Assembly: GCA_030682795.1 (NCBI GenBank)
Contig: JAUXNJ010000008.1
Coordinates: forward strand, 18,753 to 82,752
DNA length: 64,000 bases
Reading direction: 5' to 3'
Source: Sphingobacteriaceae bacterium
GTDB taxonomy: Bacteria > Bacteroidota > Bacteroidia > UBA7662
Shown here: positions 46,854-57,636 of the stretch, one piece after another
How positions within the stretch are numbered: position 1 is the stretch's first letter
Layout: each line of letters begins with the position of its first letter
Notes under the pieces: generated by a model
Seen by the model: the letters and a program-made list of their open reading frames with translations, nothing else
What the model was told of the DNA's origin: nothing
The model's database searches: none
Program-made: the position numbers and the translations under genes

Positions 46854-48425
46854 TTACTGAACCACCAGTTTGGCAGTGAAGCTTTCGTGTCCGTTATCGG
46901 TTACTACCAAATAAGTGCCCGATTTTAGGTTTAAATCGAGCTGCAATTTGTGTTCATTCGCTTTTGGAAGCTGTTGCTCGTAATGCATTTTGCCATCTAG
47001 ACTAAAAATACGCAAGCTAGCCGGACCGTAAGGATGCAAGCAGTCGGTAAGCACCAAGCCAAAGCGGCCGCTGTTAGGATTTGGTTGTACACGGAGTTCA
47101 CACTCACTGTGGTCGGGATGGCCTTCTACATGCAATGCGAAGCCATACGTTATATCAGCCTTTCCAGCACTCATGGGCTTGGCGGCGGTAGCAGCAGCGG
47201 CCAAAGTAGCCTTCACCACATTGGCCATAAAGGTGTAATTGAGGGTTGCTGCACTATCTGCGGGGGTGTGGTAGCGGTTATTGCGGAAGTCTGCCCCATC
47301 GGTGAGCATCAGCGCTTGGTAGCCGCGGTCCCAAAACATGGCATGGTCGCTGCGTCTGAAGTCGGGGGCTATGGTGCCATTGCCTGGCAAATTGAGCGAA
47401 TACACCTTTAATCCAGGTACGTAACGGACAGCTGCAGAGTCAAGTCTGGCAGTAAGAGGCAACGAATTAATATTGCCCACACTCGCTAGAAAATCTCCTC
47501 TAAAACTATCGGCCTGGATGGTGGCATACAAGGCAGGAAAAAGCTGGTTGAAGCCAGCCGGCAGTTGCTGGGTATTGGGGGCGGGATTGTAAAAGCCAAT
47601 CATTTCAAAATTAAACACCCCGCGGATGCTGTCGCCTGGGTCAATGGCGGTGAACACATAACGATTGCTGCCCACCAAGCCCTGCTCTTCTACATCGAAA
47701 CCTATGTAGTGCAGACTTTCTTCAAACTCATATTGCGATAAAATGCGGGCAATTTCAAGCATGCCGGCTACACCTGAGGCATTGTCGTCGGCGCCAGGTG
47801 TAGGCGCCACCCCGTCGAAATGTGCGTCAATGATCCAAATGGAGGAGTCTTTGCGGTGGCCCGACTGCCGTGCCAACACATTGGCACATGCCGTATTATT
47901 GAACATAAATTCGTGCCGCTTAACCGGCAGCTGCATGCGTTGGAGTTGCTGGTGCAGGCTGTCGCGCACCCTGGCCAGCGTGCTTAAATGCGTTGTATAA
48001 TGGCGTGGAACCGCGTATTGCTGTACCAAAGTCCTTAGCCTATTGCTATCCACTTGAGCTACCATAGCCGCCACATCTACCAGCTTTCGATCGCTGGCCA
48101 CTACCCGCAATTGCACGGGCAAAGCACCTACTTGTTCGAGCTGCTGGGTATTAAACTGGATGCTGCGGTTACCCGGGCTGATGGGAAATCCTACATCTCC
48201 ACTGGCTCCGTTGAGGTTTCTAAAACTCCGGCCTCCGTCGGTTGAGTAGCGGATCCATACTTCGCAGGGGTCGTTGTTAGGGTCTGCCAAGCTGTATTGC
48301 AAACTCACTTCCGTAGTATCGCTTTGCGAGCGATTGAGCTGTAGTATTTGCACGCTTGGAGCTTGTGCCCAAAGCGAAACGCTGCTGCCAAGGAGGCCGC
48401 AAAGAGCGAGAAAAAACGCTTTCAT
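46854..48425 (-). CDS. M28-family Zn aminopeptidase with T9SS type-A C-terminal sorting domain
   Basis: Signal peptide MKAFFLALCGLLGSSVSLWAQ. M28 blocks HFDGV, DDNASG and FEE are present. The C-terminus is SGTYLVVTDNGHESFTAKLVVQ. Confidence 0.75.
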   Translation of the reverse strand: MKAFFLALCGLLGSSVSLWAQAPSVQILQLNRSQSDTTEVSLQYSLADPNNDPCEVWIRYSTDGGRSFRNLNGASGDVGFPISPGNRSIQFNTQQLEQVGALPVQLRVVASDRKLVDVAAMVAQVDSNRLRTLVQQYAVPRHYTTHLSTLARVRDSLHQQLQRMQLPVKRHEFMFNNTACANVLARQSGHRKDSSIWIIDAHFDGVAPTPGADDNASGVAGMLEIARILSQYEFEESLHYIGFDVEEQGLVGSNRYVFTAIDPGDSIRGVFNFEMIGFYNPAPNTQQLPAGFNQLFPALYATIQADSFRGDFLASVGNINSLPLTARLDSAAVRYVPGLKVYSLNLPGNGTIAPDFRRSDHAMFWDRGYQALMLTDGADFRNNRYHTPADSAATLNYTFMANVVKATLAAAATAAKPMSAGKADITYGFALHVEGHPDHSECELRVQPNPNSGRFGLVLTDCLHPYGPASLRIFSLDGKMHYEQQLPKANEHKLQLDLNLKSGTYLVVTDNGHESFTAKLVVQ

Positions 48426-48474
48426 AGGATTGGTTTTCGCTAAAATACTAAAAACCAATTAAAAAACATTAGTC

Positions 48475-50523
48475 CTATCCGGCCAAAAGGGCAGCCAAAC
48501 GGACTTGCACCTTTTCTGCCGTTGGCAACATCACTTGCTCCAAACGATCGTTCAGCGGTATGGCAGGCAAGTTTTCGGCACCCATGGCATCTACAGGAGC
48601 ATCCAAATAGCGGAAACAAGCCTTGCTGATGCGGTGAGCCAAGGCTTCTGCAAATGAATTTTGCAATTGCTCCTCGGTAAGCACCAACACCTTGCCATGC
48701 CTTTGGGCAGCTGCAAAGCAAAGTTCTTCATCTACGGGGTTGAGCGTCCGTAAATCGATGATTTCAACCGCGCCAGGGAAATGTTTGGCAGCATTCAAAC
48801 TCCAATACACCCCCATACCATAGGTAATCACCACACAACTTTCGCCATTATCGACCTTGTGCGGCATGGCTTCTTGCACCACCCGGCCTTTGCCAAGCGG
48901 CACCATATAGTCTTCGTCTGGTTCCACGGTTTTGGCCCCATCGGTACCTGGCACTTTGCTCCAGTACAAGCCTTTGTGCTCAAACATCACCACAGGATTG
49001 GGATCGTAGAAAGCAGCTTTCATCAGGCCTTTCATATCGGCTGCATTGCTCGGATACACCACTTTGATGCCGCGCACGCTTAAAATCGCCGATTCGATGC
49101 AGCCAGAGTGGTAGGGACCGCCACCGCCATAAGCCCCACAAGGCACGCGAATTAAACTCTGCACCGGAAACTGTCCGTTGCTCAGGTAGCAGCTCTTGCT
49201 CAGCTCCACCACCAACTGGTTTACGCCGCTCCAAATGTAGTCGGCAAACTGTATCTCCACAATGGGCTTGGTGCCCACGGCCGACATCCCCGCAGTGGAT
49301 CCTACCAAATAGGCCTCTTGAATGGGGGTGTTAAATACCCGCTCGTCACCAAACTTATCGGCCAATGTAGCCGCCTCGCGAAATACGCCGCCAAGGGTGC
49401 GGCCCACATCCTGCCCATAAAACAAAGCTTCGGGGTGCTTGCGCAATATTTCTTCCACGGCATGAAGCGCCGCATCTACCATCACCACCTTTTCGCGACC
49501 AGCTGGAGTGCGTACCCCTACCTCTTCGGTCACCGGTGTAGGTGCAAACTCATGTAAAAAGAGGGAGGCGTCGCTCGGAATGGCTGCCGCTACGGCCGCC
49601 TCAAAATCGGCTTTTACCACTGCAGCAGCATCTGCTGCCATTTTCTGCAGCTCTTCTTCCCAAAATTCGGCCTCCAACATGGCTTTGTGGAGCTTTACAT
49701 AGGGGTCTTTTTTGCCGTGTTTTTCTAAATCGGCCTCGCTGCGGTACCACTCCCGACGTACGCCCGAAGTATGGTGCCCAAGCAAAGGCACGGTGGCATG
49801 CACCAAAATGGGGCCACGCTTCTCGCGCACATAATCAAAAGCTTCTTGCAGCCCTTTGTACGATTTTTCGAAGTCGGTGCCATCTATTTGCTTGCGCTTG
49901 AGGCCCTTGAAGCCAGCCGCATATTCATACGCATCCATCGCCCGCATCTCTTTGCCGGTGGCCGAAATGCCCCAGTCGTTGTCCTGCACCAAATACACAA
50001 TCGGCATCTGATGCAACACCGCCATCTGAAAAGCTTCGGCCACTTCGCCTTCGGTTACCGAGCCATCGCCCAGCGAACAAAGTACGATGGGTTTTTGGTC
50101 ATCGGGCAGCAAGCCCTGCCGCTCTAAATAGCCCACGCCTTGCGCCATGCCGGTGGCGGGAATGGCTTGCATGCCGGTGGCACTGCTTTGGTGGGGAATG
50201 GTGGGCATGCCCGCACGCTTCACCGAAGGGTGTGCGTAATAGGTGCGACCGCCAGAAAAAGGATCGTCGGCTTTGGCCAACAGCTGCAGCATGAGCTCAT
50301 ACGGACGAAAACCCATGGCCAACAACACCGACTCGTCGCGGTAGTACAAGCTTGCATAGTCGTGCGGCTGCAGCAGCAAGCCCGCGGCCAATTGCACAGC
50401 CTCGTGGCCCTTGGAAGTGGAGTGTACGTATTTGGTAATGGGGCGATTTTCGTCGTAAATCTCAGCCATGGCCCGGGCGGTACTCATCAATTCCCAGGCG
50501 CGCTGCATGATAGCTTTCTGCAT
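48475..50523 (-). CDS. fused alpha/beta E1 component of a 2-oxo-acid dehydrogenase (TPP-dependent)
   Basis: About 682 aa. The N-terminal half has E1-alpha TPP motifs (GDGSVTEGE) and the C-terminal half E1-beta motifs. The track start at 50544 is TTG; the ATG is at 50523. Confidence 0.8.
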   Translation of the reverse strand: MQKAIMQRAWELMSTARAMAEIYDENRPITKYVHSTSKGHEAVQLAAGLLLQPHDYASLYYRDESVLLAMGFRPYELMLQLLAKADDPFSGGRTYYAHPSVKRAGMPTIPHQSSATGMQAIPATGMAQGVGYLERQGLLPDDQKPIVLCSLGDGSVTEGEVAEAFQMAVLHQMPIVYLVQDNDWGISATGKEMRAMDAYEYAAGFKGLKRKQIDGTDFEKSYKGLQEAFDYVREKRGPILVHATVPLLGHHTSGVRREWYRSEADLEKHGKKDPYVKLHKAMLEAEFWEEELQKMAADAAAVVKADFEAAVAAAIPSDASLFLHEFAPTPVTEEVGVRTPAGREKVVMVDAALHAVEEILRKHPEALFYGQDVGRTLGGVFREAATLADKFGDERVFNTPIQEAYLVGSTAGMSAVGTKPIVEIQFADYIWSGVNQLVVELSKSCYLSNGQFPVQSLIRVPCGAYGGGGPYHSGCIESAILSVRGIKVVYPSNAADMKGLMKAAFYDPNPVVMFEHKGLYWSKVPGTDGAKTVEPDEDYMVPLGKGRVVQEAMPHKVDNGESCVVITYGMGVYWSLNAAKHFPGAVEIIDLRTLNPVDEELCFAAAQRHGKVLVLTEEQLQNSFAEALAHRISKACFRYLDAPVDAMGAENLPAIPLNDRLEQVMLPTAEKVQVRLAALLAG

Positions 50524-50626
50524 AATCCTCTGTTTCGACTGCAAAAATACAAATCTCCACCCGCCTTACCACTATATTTGCAGGGTTGAAGAAAAAGCTG
50601 TTATTTCCCTCTAAGAAAACCGATTT

Positions 50627-51580
50627 ATGTCACTCACTACCATTCCCTCCATCGACCTGCACGATTTTGTGCATGGAAATGCTGAAAAACGCGCTGCTTT
50701 TGTAAAGGCCTTGGGCGAAGCTTACGAAACCGTTGGCTTCGTGGCTGTTAAAAACCATGGCTTGAGCGATGCGCTGAGTGCCGATTTATATGCGCAAGTG
50801 CAGGCGTTTTTCCAGTTGCCGCAAGCGGTGAAAGATCAGTATGAGATTGCGGGTTTGGCAGGACAACGCGGTTACACTGGCTTTGGCAAAGAGCACGCCA
50901 AAGGCCGCAATACGGGCGATTTGAAGGAGTTTTTTCAGTTTGGACAAACCGTTACCGACGGCGATGCCGTGAAGGCTGAGTACCCCGACAATGTACAGGT
51001 ACAGGAATTGACCGATTTTAATCCCAAAGCCCTCGAAGCCTACCGCACCCTCGAAAGTGCCGGCCGCCACATGCTCCGCGCCATCGCCCTCTTTTTAGGG
51101 CTTGATGAAAACTACTTCGACGCTAAAATCCACAACGGCAACAGCATTTTGCGGGCCATTCACTACGGTCCCATTACCAGCGAACCCAAAGACGCGGTAC
51201 GGGCTGCCGAGCACGAAGACATCAACTTGATTACCCTGCTCATGGGCGCCTCGGCCGATGGCTTGCAGATTCTCAATAAAAACAACGACTGGGTGGCCGT
51301 AACAGCCTTGCCCGAGCAAGTGGTGGTGAACGTGGGCGATATGCTCCAACGCCTCACCAACAACCGCCTGCGCTCTACTACCCACCGCGTGGTGAACCCC
51401 CCGCGCGAGCAGTGGGGCAACTCCCGCTACTCCATTCCATTTTTCTTGCACCCGCGCTCGAGCATGCCGCTCGATTGTTTGCCGGAATGTGTTACCGCCG
51501 AAAATCCACTTCACTACGAGCCAATCACTGCTGGTGCTTATTTGGATGAGCGACTGCGCGAAATTGGCTTGAAAAAGTAA
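50627..51580 (+). CDS. 2-oxoglutarate/Fe(II)-dependent oxygenase (isopenicillin-N-synthase-like)
   Basis: N-terminal IPSIDLHDF and a HxD...H facial triad region (HEDINLITLL ... RSTTHRV). Confidence 0.75.
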   Translation: MSLTTIPSIDLHDFVHGNAEKRAAFVKALGEAYETVGFVAVKNHGLSDALSADLYAQVQAFFQLPQAVKDQYEIAGLAGQRGYTGFGKEHAKGRNTGDLKEFFQFGQTVTDGDAVKAEYPDNVQVQELTDFNPKALEAYRTLESAGRHMLRAIALFLGLDENYFDAKIHNGNSILRAIHYGPITSEPKDAVRAAEHEDINLITLLMGASADGLQILNKNNDWVAVTALPEQVVVNVGDMLQRLTNNRLRSTTHRVVNPPREQWGNSRYSIPFFLHPRSSMPLDCLPECVTAENPLHYEPITAGAYLDERLREIGLKK

Positions 51581-51584
51581 AAAA

Positions 51585-52772
51585 ATGTCGAGCATCAGCA
51601 GCTTGCGCCAGCGGGTTTTCCTGCGCGATGTGCTCATGTTATCGCTCTCGGCCTTCGGGGGCCCGCAAGCGCACATCAGCCTGATGCTCGATGTATTTGT
51701 GGAACGCCGTAAATACCTCAACGAACAAGAACTGCTGGAGCTCAACGCCCTCTGTCAGATTTTGCCCGGCCCTACTTCTACCCAAACCCTTACGGCCATT
51801 GGCATGAAGCTGGGTGGACCACGTTTGGCGTGGTTGTCGCTGCTGGTGTGGGCGCTGCCAGCCTGCCTGCTCATGACCATGATTGCCTTGCTCATTACCT
51901 ATTTTAATCAGGAAGGCTTTGAGCTCAAATTACTGCGGTATGTGCGGCCGATTGCGGTGGGATTTATTGTGGTGGCGGCTTTCAGGTTGGGACAAAAACT
52001 CATCCATACCCGTTTAGAGTGGTTTATTTTAGGATTGTCGATGCTTTTGAGCCTCCTATTTACCAATTCTTACACCTTTCCAGCCGTGCTGATTTTGGGC
52101 GCGCTGATTTCCAATTTTGCAAACCGCGAGCGCATCGAACAGGAGAAGTACAACCTACGCACTATTCGCTGGGGTAACTTTTACCTTTTTGGGGCGGTAC
52201 TACTGGCGGCAGCGTTGATTGGAAACCTGTTTCAAAACAAGCCCGTGCTCTTTTTTGAGAACATTTACCGCTTCGGAAGTTTGGTGTTTGGGGGTGGACA
52301 AGTGCTCATTCCGATGATGTTTGAGCAGTTTGTAACGGTCAAAAACTACATGACAGCCGACCAGTTTCTTTCGGGCTACGGACTCGCCCAAGCCATTCCA
52401 GGCCCTATTTTTTCGTTTGCTTCCTTTTTAGGAGCCATGTCGTTTCAAGAAAGCGGCAATTGGAGCATGCTGGGAGGGGCGGTCATCGGGGGAATCGGCA
52501 TTTTTTTGCCAGGCACCTTCCTCATTTTTTTTATATATCCTGCTTGGGAAGAACTAAAAAAAATGCGGGGTGTGAAGAAGGCCATGTCGGGGGTAAATGC
52601 GGCGGCAACCGGACTGGTATCAGCCGCAGCCATTATTTTGATGGAACCCGTGGGCTTTGACTGGGTGAACCTGGCCGTGGTGGGTGGCACCTTTGTGATG
52701 CTATATTTTTGGAAGATTCCACCCCTGCTCATTGTGAGTTTGGGCATCATGGGTGGCGTTATTTTCGCCTAG
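51585..52772 (+). CDS. chrA: chromate transporter (ChrA family, duplicated CHR domain)
   Basis: LMLDVFVERRKYLNEQELLELNALCQILPGPTSTQ matches the ChrA N-terminus. It has two homologous halves with about 10 TM segments. Confidence 0.8.
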   Translation: MSSISSLRQRVFLRDVLMLSLSAFGGPQAHISLMLDVFVERRKYLNEQELLELNALCQILPGPTSTQTLTAIGMKLGGPRLAWLSLLVWALPACLLMTMIALLITYFNQEGFELKLLRYVRPIAVGFIVVAAFRLGQKLIHTRLEWFILGLSMLLSLLFTNSYTFPAVLILGALISNFANRERIEQEKYNLRTIRWGNFYLFGAVLLAAALIGNLFQNKPVLFFENIYRFGSLVFGGGQVLIPMMFEQFVTVKNYMTADQFLSGYGLAQAIPGPIFSFASFLGAMSFQESGNWSMLGGAVIGGIGIFLPGTFLIFFIYPAWEELKKMRGVKKAMSGVNAAATGLVSAAAIILMEPVGFDWVNLAVVGGTFVMLYFWKIPPLLIVSLGIMGGVIFA

Positions 52773-53194
52773 TTGGTAATGCGCAGGGTGTTCGAATTTG
52801 GAGAAAAAAGCGAGCGGTAAGGCTTCAAATTGAAAGCTGCCGGACCACGCGCGGGAAAACCATCCAATGAAAAACGCGATTCGCAACAAGCGCATTGCAG
52901 CAAATTAACGGCGCTATCGAGCGACACTACATGACAAGGCTCGGAAGGTAAATACGTACACGCCTGATCAAATACCAAAAACCCATCGATGGTTTGGCGG
53001 TAAATAATCAAGCCGCGGTAGCCTGCCGATGGAAATTTAATGAGGCCACCTACTACATTGATGGCTTGATAGCTAGGCAGGTTGAGGTTGATGAGCACAT
53101 CGACCTGGATGTTTGGCACAAAGTCGCGGTTTTGGTCGCGGCAGCCTACCAACAGCAATAGCGCCAGCAATACCGACTTAAACATGGTATTCAT
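52769..53194 (-). CDS. Rieske-like lipoprotein with non-canonical cluster-ligand boxes
   Basis: Lipobox LLLLVGC. Box-like motifs are [12 protein letters not shown] and [12 protein letters not shown], compared with the Rieske CxH...CxxH boxes. Confidence 0.4.
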   Translation of the reverse strand: MNTMFKSVLLALLLLVGCRDQNRDFVPNIQVDVLINLNLPSYQAINVVGGLIKFPSAGYRGLIIYRQTIDGFLVFDQACTYLPSEPCHVVSLDSAVNLLQCACCESRFSLDGFPARGPAAFNLKPYRSLFSPNSNTLRITN

Positions 53195-54032
53195 AAAAGC
53201 CCTTTCCTGTTTTGCGGCCGTGGAAGCCGGCATTTACTTTTTGCTCTTGGATGCGACTCGGGCGGAATTTCGGGTCATAGTGAAACGAAGCGTACATGCT
53301 CGAGGTTACCGAAAAATTGGTATCTACCCCAATCAAATCCATCAATTTAAACGGACCCATTTTAAAGCCTCTGGCCTCCAATAACTGGTCAATGGTTTGA
53401 AAATCGGCGATTTGCTCTTCGCAAGCCAACAAACTTTCAACATAAAAATGCCGGGCCACCCGGTTTACAATGAAGCCAGGGGCGTCTTTGGCGTGCACCG
53501 GCTTTTTGCCGAGGGCCAAGCTGAGCTCGTAAATGCTCAGAGCTACTTCGGGCCGGGTAGCCTCCCCTGATATCACTTCTACCAGCTTCATGATGTGAGC
53601 GGGATTGAAGAAGTGCATACCCACCACCTGCTCTGGCCGCTTTACGCCGGCCGCAATGGAGGTAACAGGAATGGAGGAGGTATTGGTAGCGAGGATGGTG
53701 TGCGGACCGTTGATCAGCTCAAGCTGCCGAAACAACTCAATTTTCACTTCCTTTTTTTCCACGATGGCTTCGATGCATAAATCGGCCACCAAATCTTCAA
53801 AACGATCGGTGATGTGCAACAGCGACCAGGTTTCAGCCTTTTTTTCAGGAGAAATGAGTCCTTTTTCTACTGCCTTGCTGAGGTTGCCTTCGATTTGCTG
53901 CCGTGCTTTTTCAAGCATCGTGGGCTGCATATCGTGCAACAAGGTTCGGAAGCCGGCCATGGCACACACTTGCGCGATGCCCAAGCCCATGGTGCCCGCT
54001 CCAATAACGCCAATGGTTTTGATGGATTGCAT
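53178..54032 (-). CDS. 3-hydroxyacyl-CoA / 3-hydroxybutyryl-CoA dehydrogenase
   Basis: [14 protein letters not shown] Rossmann fold and PGFIVNR block. Confidence 0.8.
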   Translation of the reverse strand: MQSIKTIGVIGAGTMGLGIAQVCAMAGFRTLLHDMQPTMLEKARQQIEGNLSKAVEKGLISPEKKAETWSLLHITDRFEDLVADLCIEAIVEKKEVKIELFRQLELINGPHTILATNTSSIPVTSIAAGVKRPEQVVGMHFFNPAHIMKLVEVISGEATRPEVALSIYELSLALGKKPVHAKDAPGFIVNRVARHFYVESLLACEEQIADFQTIDQLLEARGFKMGPFKLMDLIGVDTNFSVTSSMYASFHYDPKFRPSRIQEQKVNAGFHGRKTGKGFYEYHV

Positions 54033-54035
54033 ATG

Positions 54036-55058
54036 TTAGAGTTCTGAGGAGAACTGGCGTAAAAAGCGCAGGTCGTTCTCAAAGAATAAACGAATATCTT
54101 TCATTTGATATTTCAACATGGTCATTCTTTCGATGCCCATGCCAAAAGCATAGCCGCTGTAACGCTTGCTGTCGATGCCACAGTTTTCGAGTACTTGTGG
54201 ATCAACCATGCCACAGCCTAAAATTTCTACCCAACCCGTTTGCTTGCACACGCTGCAGCCGGCTTGGTTGCAGATGAAGCAGCTCACGTCCATTTCGGCC
54301 GAAGGTTCGGTGAAGGGAAAGTAACTGGCCCGGAAGCGCACTTTGAGGTCGCGACCAAAAAACTCGGTAGCAAATAGGTAGAGGGTTTGTTTGAGATCGG
54401 CAAAACTCACGTTTTCGGCAATGTACAAGCCTTCTACCTGGTGAAATTGCATGTGCGAGCGCGCTGAAACGGTTTCGTTGCGGTACACCCTGCCCGGCGA
54501 AATGGTGCGGATGGGCAAATTGCCGAGCTGCATTTCTTTCACTTGCACGGTGGAGGTGTGGGTGCGCAGGAGGATGTCGGGATCGGTTTGCACGAAGAAG
54601 GTGTCCTGCATATCGCGGGCCGGGTGGTCTTCGTCGAAGTTGAGGGCGCCAAAGTTGTGCCAGTCGTCAACCACCTCATGGCCTTCGCTGATGTTGAAGC
54701 CCTGGGCCTCAAAAAAGCGGATGATTTCTTGGCGCACGAGGGAGAGGGGGTGGCGACTGCCGAGACCGAGGGGCTGGGGCGGACGGGTGGCGTCGAAGCT
54801 GTTGTCGATGGCGGCGGGACCGCTCTCGAGCACTTCTTTTTGGGCTGTCCAGCGGCCTTCTACCTCTTGCTTAAGCAGGTTGATTTCTTTGCCATAGAGC
54901 TTTTTATCTTCGCCCGAAACCGAACGGAAGGCCTCAAAAAGCTCGCTCACAAGGCCTTTTTTGCTTAAAAAGCGCAGGCGGTACTGCTCGAGCGCATCGG
55001 CAGTGCTGATGTCGAAACCGGCGGCTTCGGTGCGGATGGCGGCTATCTGTTCTTTCAT
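54036..55058 (-). CDS. pheS: phenylalanine--tRNA ligase alpha subunit
   Basis: 340 aa with class II aaRS motifs (FRASYFPFTEPSAE, GWVEILGCGMV). Confidence 0.9.
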   Translation of the reverse strand: MKEQIAAIRTEAAGFDISTADALEQYRLRFLSKKGLVSELFEAFRSVSGEDKKLYGKEINLLKQEVEGRWTAQKEVLESGPAAIDNSFDATRPPQPLGLGSRHPLSLVRQEIIRFFEAQGFNISEGHEVVDDWHNFGALNFDEDHPARDMQDTFFVQTDPDILLRTHTSTVQVKEMQLGNLPIRTISPGRVYRNETVSARSHMQFHQVEGLYIAENVSFADLKQTLYLFATEFFGRDLKVRFRASYFPFTEPSAEMDVSCFICNQAGCSVCKQTGWVEILGCGMVDPQVLENCGIDSKRYSGYAFGMGIERMTMLKYQMKDIRLFFENDLRFLRQFSSEL

Positions 55059-55061
55059 CGC

Positions 55062-56531
55062 TTATCGCGTATAATTTGGGGCCTCGCGGGTAATGGTTAC
55101 ACCGTGGGGGTGACTTTCACGCAGACCGCTGTTGGTGATGCGCACAAATTTGGCTTCTTGCAGCTCGGTAATGGTGCGGGCACCTACGTAACCCATGCCT
55201 GCGCGCAAGCCGCCTATGTATTGATACATGACTTCGTCGAGACGGCCTTTGTACGGCACGCGACCTACGATGCCTTCTGGTACTAGTTTTTTGATTTCGT
55301 CTTCTGCATCCTGGAAGTAGCGATCCTTCGATCCCTCTTTCATCGCCTCAATCGAGCCCATGCCGCGGTAGGTTTTAAACTTACGGCCTTCGAAAATAAT
55401 GGTTTCTCCCGGTGATTCTTCTACCCCAGCGAAAATAGAACCACCCATAATGCAATCGGCACCAGCAGCCAGTGCCTTCACAATATCGCCGGTATAGCGA
55501 ATGCCGCCATCTGCAATAATGGGAACGCCTGTGCCTTTGAGTGCCATAAAAGCCTCATAAACGGCCGTAAGCTGAGGCACCCCCACACCTGCTACCACGC
55601 GGGTGGTGCAAATGGAGCCAGGACCCACGCCTACTTTCACCCCATCGGCACCTGCATCGGCCAAAGCCTTGGCAGCAGCGCCAGTAGCCACGTTGCCCAC
55701 AATCATTTGCAGGTTCGGAAAAGCCTCTTTGGCGCGCTTGAGGGCGGCAATTACACCGGCTGAATGGCCATGTGCGGTATCAATGGTAATCACATCCACG
55801 CCAGCTGCTGCGAGGGCTTTCACCCGGTCGAGCATGTCGGGGGTTACGCCCACCGCCGCACCTACGCGCAACCGGCCGAGCTCGTCCTTACAGGCCATCG
55901 GGTGGTCCTTGAGCTTGAGGATGTCTTTATAAGTAATCAAACCGATGAGCTTGTAGTTGCCATCTACCACCGGTAGTTTTTCGATTTTGTGCTCTTGTAA
56001 AATGCCTTCGGCCTGTTGGAGGGAAGTGCCTTCGCGGGCGGTAACCAGTTTGTCTTTGGTCATGACCTCCGCAATGGGTCTGCTACGATTTTTTTCAAAA
56101 CGCAAGTCGCGGTTGGTAAGTACCCCAACCAAGGTTTGCGCAGCGTCTACAATGGGAATGCCTCCGATGCGGTTTTCCTCCATCAAATCCAAGGCCTCGC
56201 CTATGGTAGCATCTTCGTGCAGAGTAATGGGGTCTACAATCATGCCGCTCTCCGAACGCTTTACTTTGCGCACTTCAGCTGCCTGCCGCTCGATGCTCAT
56301 GTTTTTATGCAACATCCCAATGCCGCCGCTTTGCGCAATGGCAATGGCCAGCTCCGACTCGGTAACGGTGTCCATAGCAGCAGAGGCAATGGGTACGTTC
56401 AGGCGAATTTTGCGGGTTAAACGGGAAGAAATATCTACTTCGCGGGGAAGCACTTCGGAATAGGCCGGGAGGAGGAGAACATCGTCGTAGGTAAGGCCTT
56501 CACCTACAACCTTTTGTGAATAGTCGAGCAT
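55062..56531 (-). CDS. guaB: IMP dehydrogenase
   Basis: [18 protein letters not shown], a CBS pair, and the catalytic loop [11 protein letters not shown]. The track start 56558 is GTG; the ATG at 56531 fits the IMPDH N-terminus. Confidence 0.9.
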   Translation of the reverse strand: MLDYSQKVVGEGLTYDDVLLLPAYSEVLPREVDISSRLTRKIRLNVPIASAAMDTVTESELAIAIAQSGGIGMLHKNMSIERQAAEVRKVKRSESGMIVDPITLHEDATIGEALDLMEENRIGGIPIVDAAQTLVGVLTNRDLRFEKNRSRPIAEVMTKDKLVTAREGTSLQQAEGILQEHKIEKLPVVDGNYKLIGLITYKDILKLKDHPMACKDELGRLRVGAAVGVTPDMLDRVKALAAAGVDVITIDTAHGHSAGVIAALKRAKEAFPNLQMIVGNVATGAAAKALADAGADGVKVGVGPGSICTTRVVAGVGVPQLTAVYEAFMALKGTGVPIIADGGIRYTGDIVKALAAGADCIMGGSIFAGVEESPGETIIFEGRKFKTYRGMGSIEAMKEGSKDRYFQDAEDEIKKLVPEGIVGRVPYKGRLDEVMYQYIGGLRAGMGYVGARTITELQEAKFVRITNSGLRESHPHGVTITREAPNYTR

Positions 56532-56624
56532 GGCAAATAAGTTGCTTATTTGCGGCACAAAATTAAGAAAATTGTTGAGCTTTTCATGAAAAGCGCATTA
56601 TTTCTTTCTTGCAGCAGCCGGCTT

Positions 56625-57518
56625 TTAGCGAGTTTTCAAAAGCTCCACCAGCACATTGGGGTAGTCGGTGATGATGCCACTTACGCCTAAATCAAGCATT
56701 TTTTGCATATCCTCGGGCTCGTTTACAGTCCAAGGAATGACCTGCATGCCTACTTGCCGGGCGTAGTCCATGAGCTTGGGAGTAACGAATTTGTAATTCG
56801 GACTATAAATCGTAGGAATGAAGCCCAGCGATTGAATGGCCTTTTCGGGTTGGAGCTGCAGCTCGGTCAGCAGCGCAATTTGCACGGGATAGTCCTTGCC
56901 ATTGATGTATTGCAGCGGCCGCACGTCGAAACTTTGGATGGTGGTGCGGTTCATTACATTGGCCTTGGCCAGCACTTGCAGCACCAGCTCGGCAAAGGTG
57001 TCGTAAGCGGGATGGTACTTGCCGTCGGTGGCGAGTTGAGACTTTATTTCGATGTTATAGCGAATGGGGGGCAGTTTGTATTCACGGCAATGGCGTTCAA
57101 CGGCTGTAATGAGCTCCGAGAGCAGGGGTTTGGGCACCGGCATTTTTTGCTGCTGGAGGAATTTGCTGTTGCCCTTGCTACCGCAGTCGTAATTGGCAAT
57201 TTCATTGTAATTGAGCTCGTATAAATTAAGCTGCTTGCCTTTGCTGCTGCTGATTTCGCGGCCGTTGGCATCTAAACAAATCTCGCTGTTCATCCAAGGC
57301 TCATGCGATACCACTACCAGCCGGTCTTTGCTAATCACCACATCCAGTTCAAGCGTATTTACCCCGAGGTTGAGGGCGGCGAGCATGGCGGGAATGCTGT
57401 TTTCGGGGTACAGTCCACGTGCGCCGCGGTGTCCTTGTACATCGATTTTGGGTTGTGCCTGCATAAAGACGGGGATGCTGAAGCAAAGGAGAAGCAGAAG
57501 TTTGTGCGGATGAAGCAT
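56625..57518 (-). CDS. glycerophosphodiester phosphodiesterase (secreted)
   Basis: Signal peptide followed by VQGHRGARGLYPENS and LELDV GDPD motifs. Confidence 0.8.
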   Translation of the reverse strand: MLHPHKLLLLLCFSIPVFMQAQPKIDVQGHRGARGLYPENSIPAMLAALNLGVNTLELDVVISKDRLVVVSHEPWMNSEICLDANGREISSSKGKQLNLYELNYNEIANYDCGSKGNSKFLQQQKMPVPKPLLSELITAVERHCREYKLPPIRYNIEIKSQLATDGKYHPAYDTFAELVLQVLAKANVMNRTTIQSFDVRPLQYINGKDYPVQIALLTELQLQPEKAIQSLGFIPTIYSPNYKFVTPKLMDYARQVGMQVIPWTVNEPEDMQKMLDLGVSGIITDYPNVLVELLKTR

Positions 57519-57586
57519 GGGCTAAAGATACGGATTGCTGAAAATTACAAGGAAAAAGCCGAAACAAGGCCTTTGGTTTTGGTGAT

Positions 57587-57619
57587 TTTGATTTTGTTTG
57601 CTAAATTGACATAGTTTTG
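57587..57619 (+). promoter_or_regulatory. consensus-like Bacteroidota sigma-A promoter (TTTG-N21-TAGTTTTG) for the InsA-like gene
   Basis: -33 TTTG at 57587-57590 and -7 TAGTTTTG at 57612-57619. The ATG lies 18 nt downstream. Confidence 0.45.
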
Positions 57620-57636
57620 CTAAAAAGATATATACC

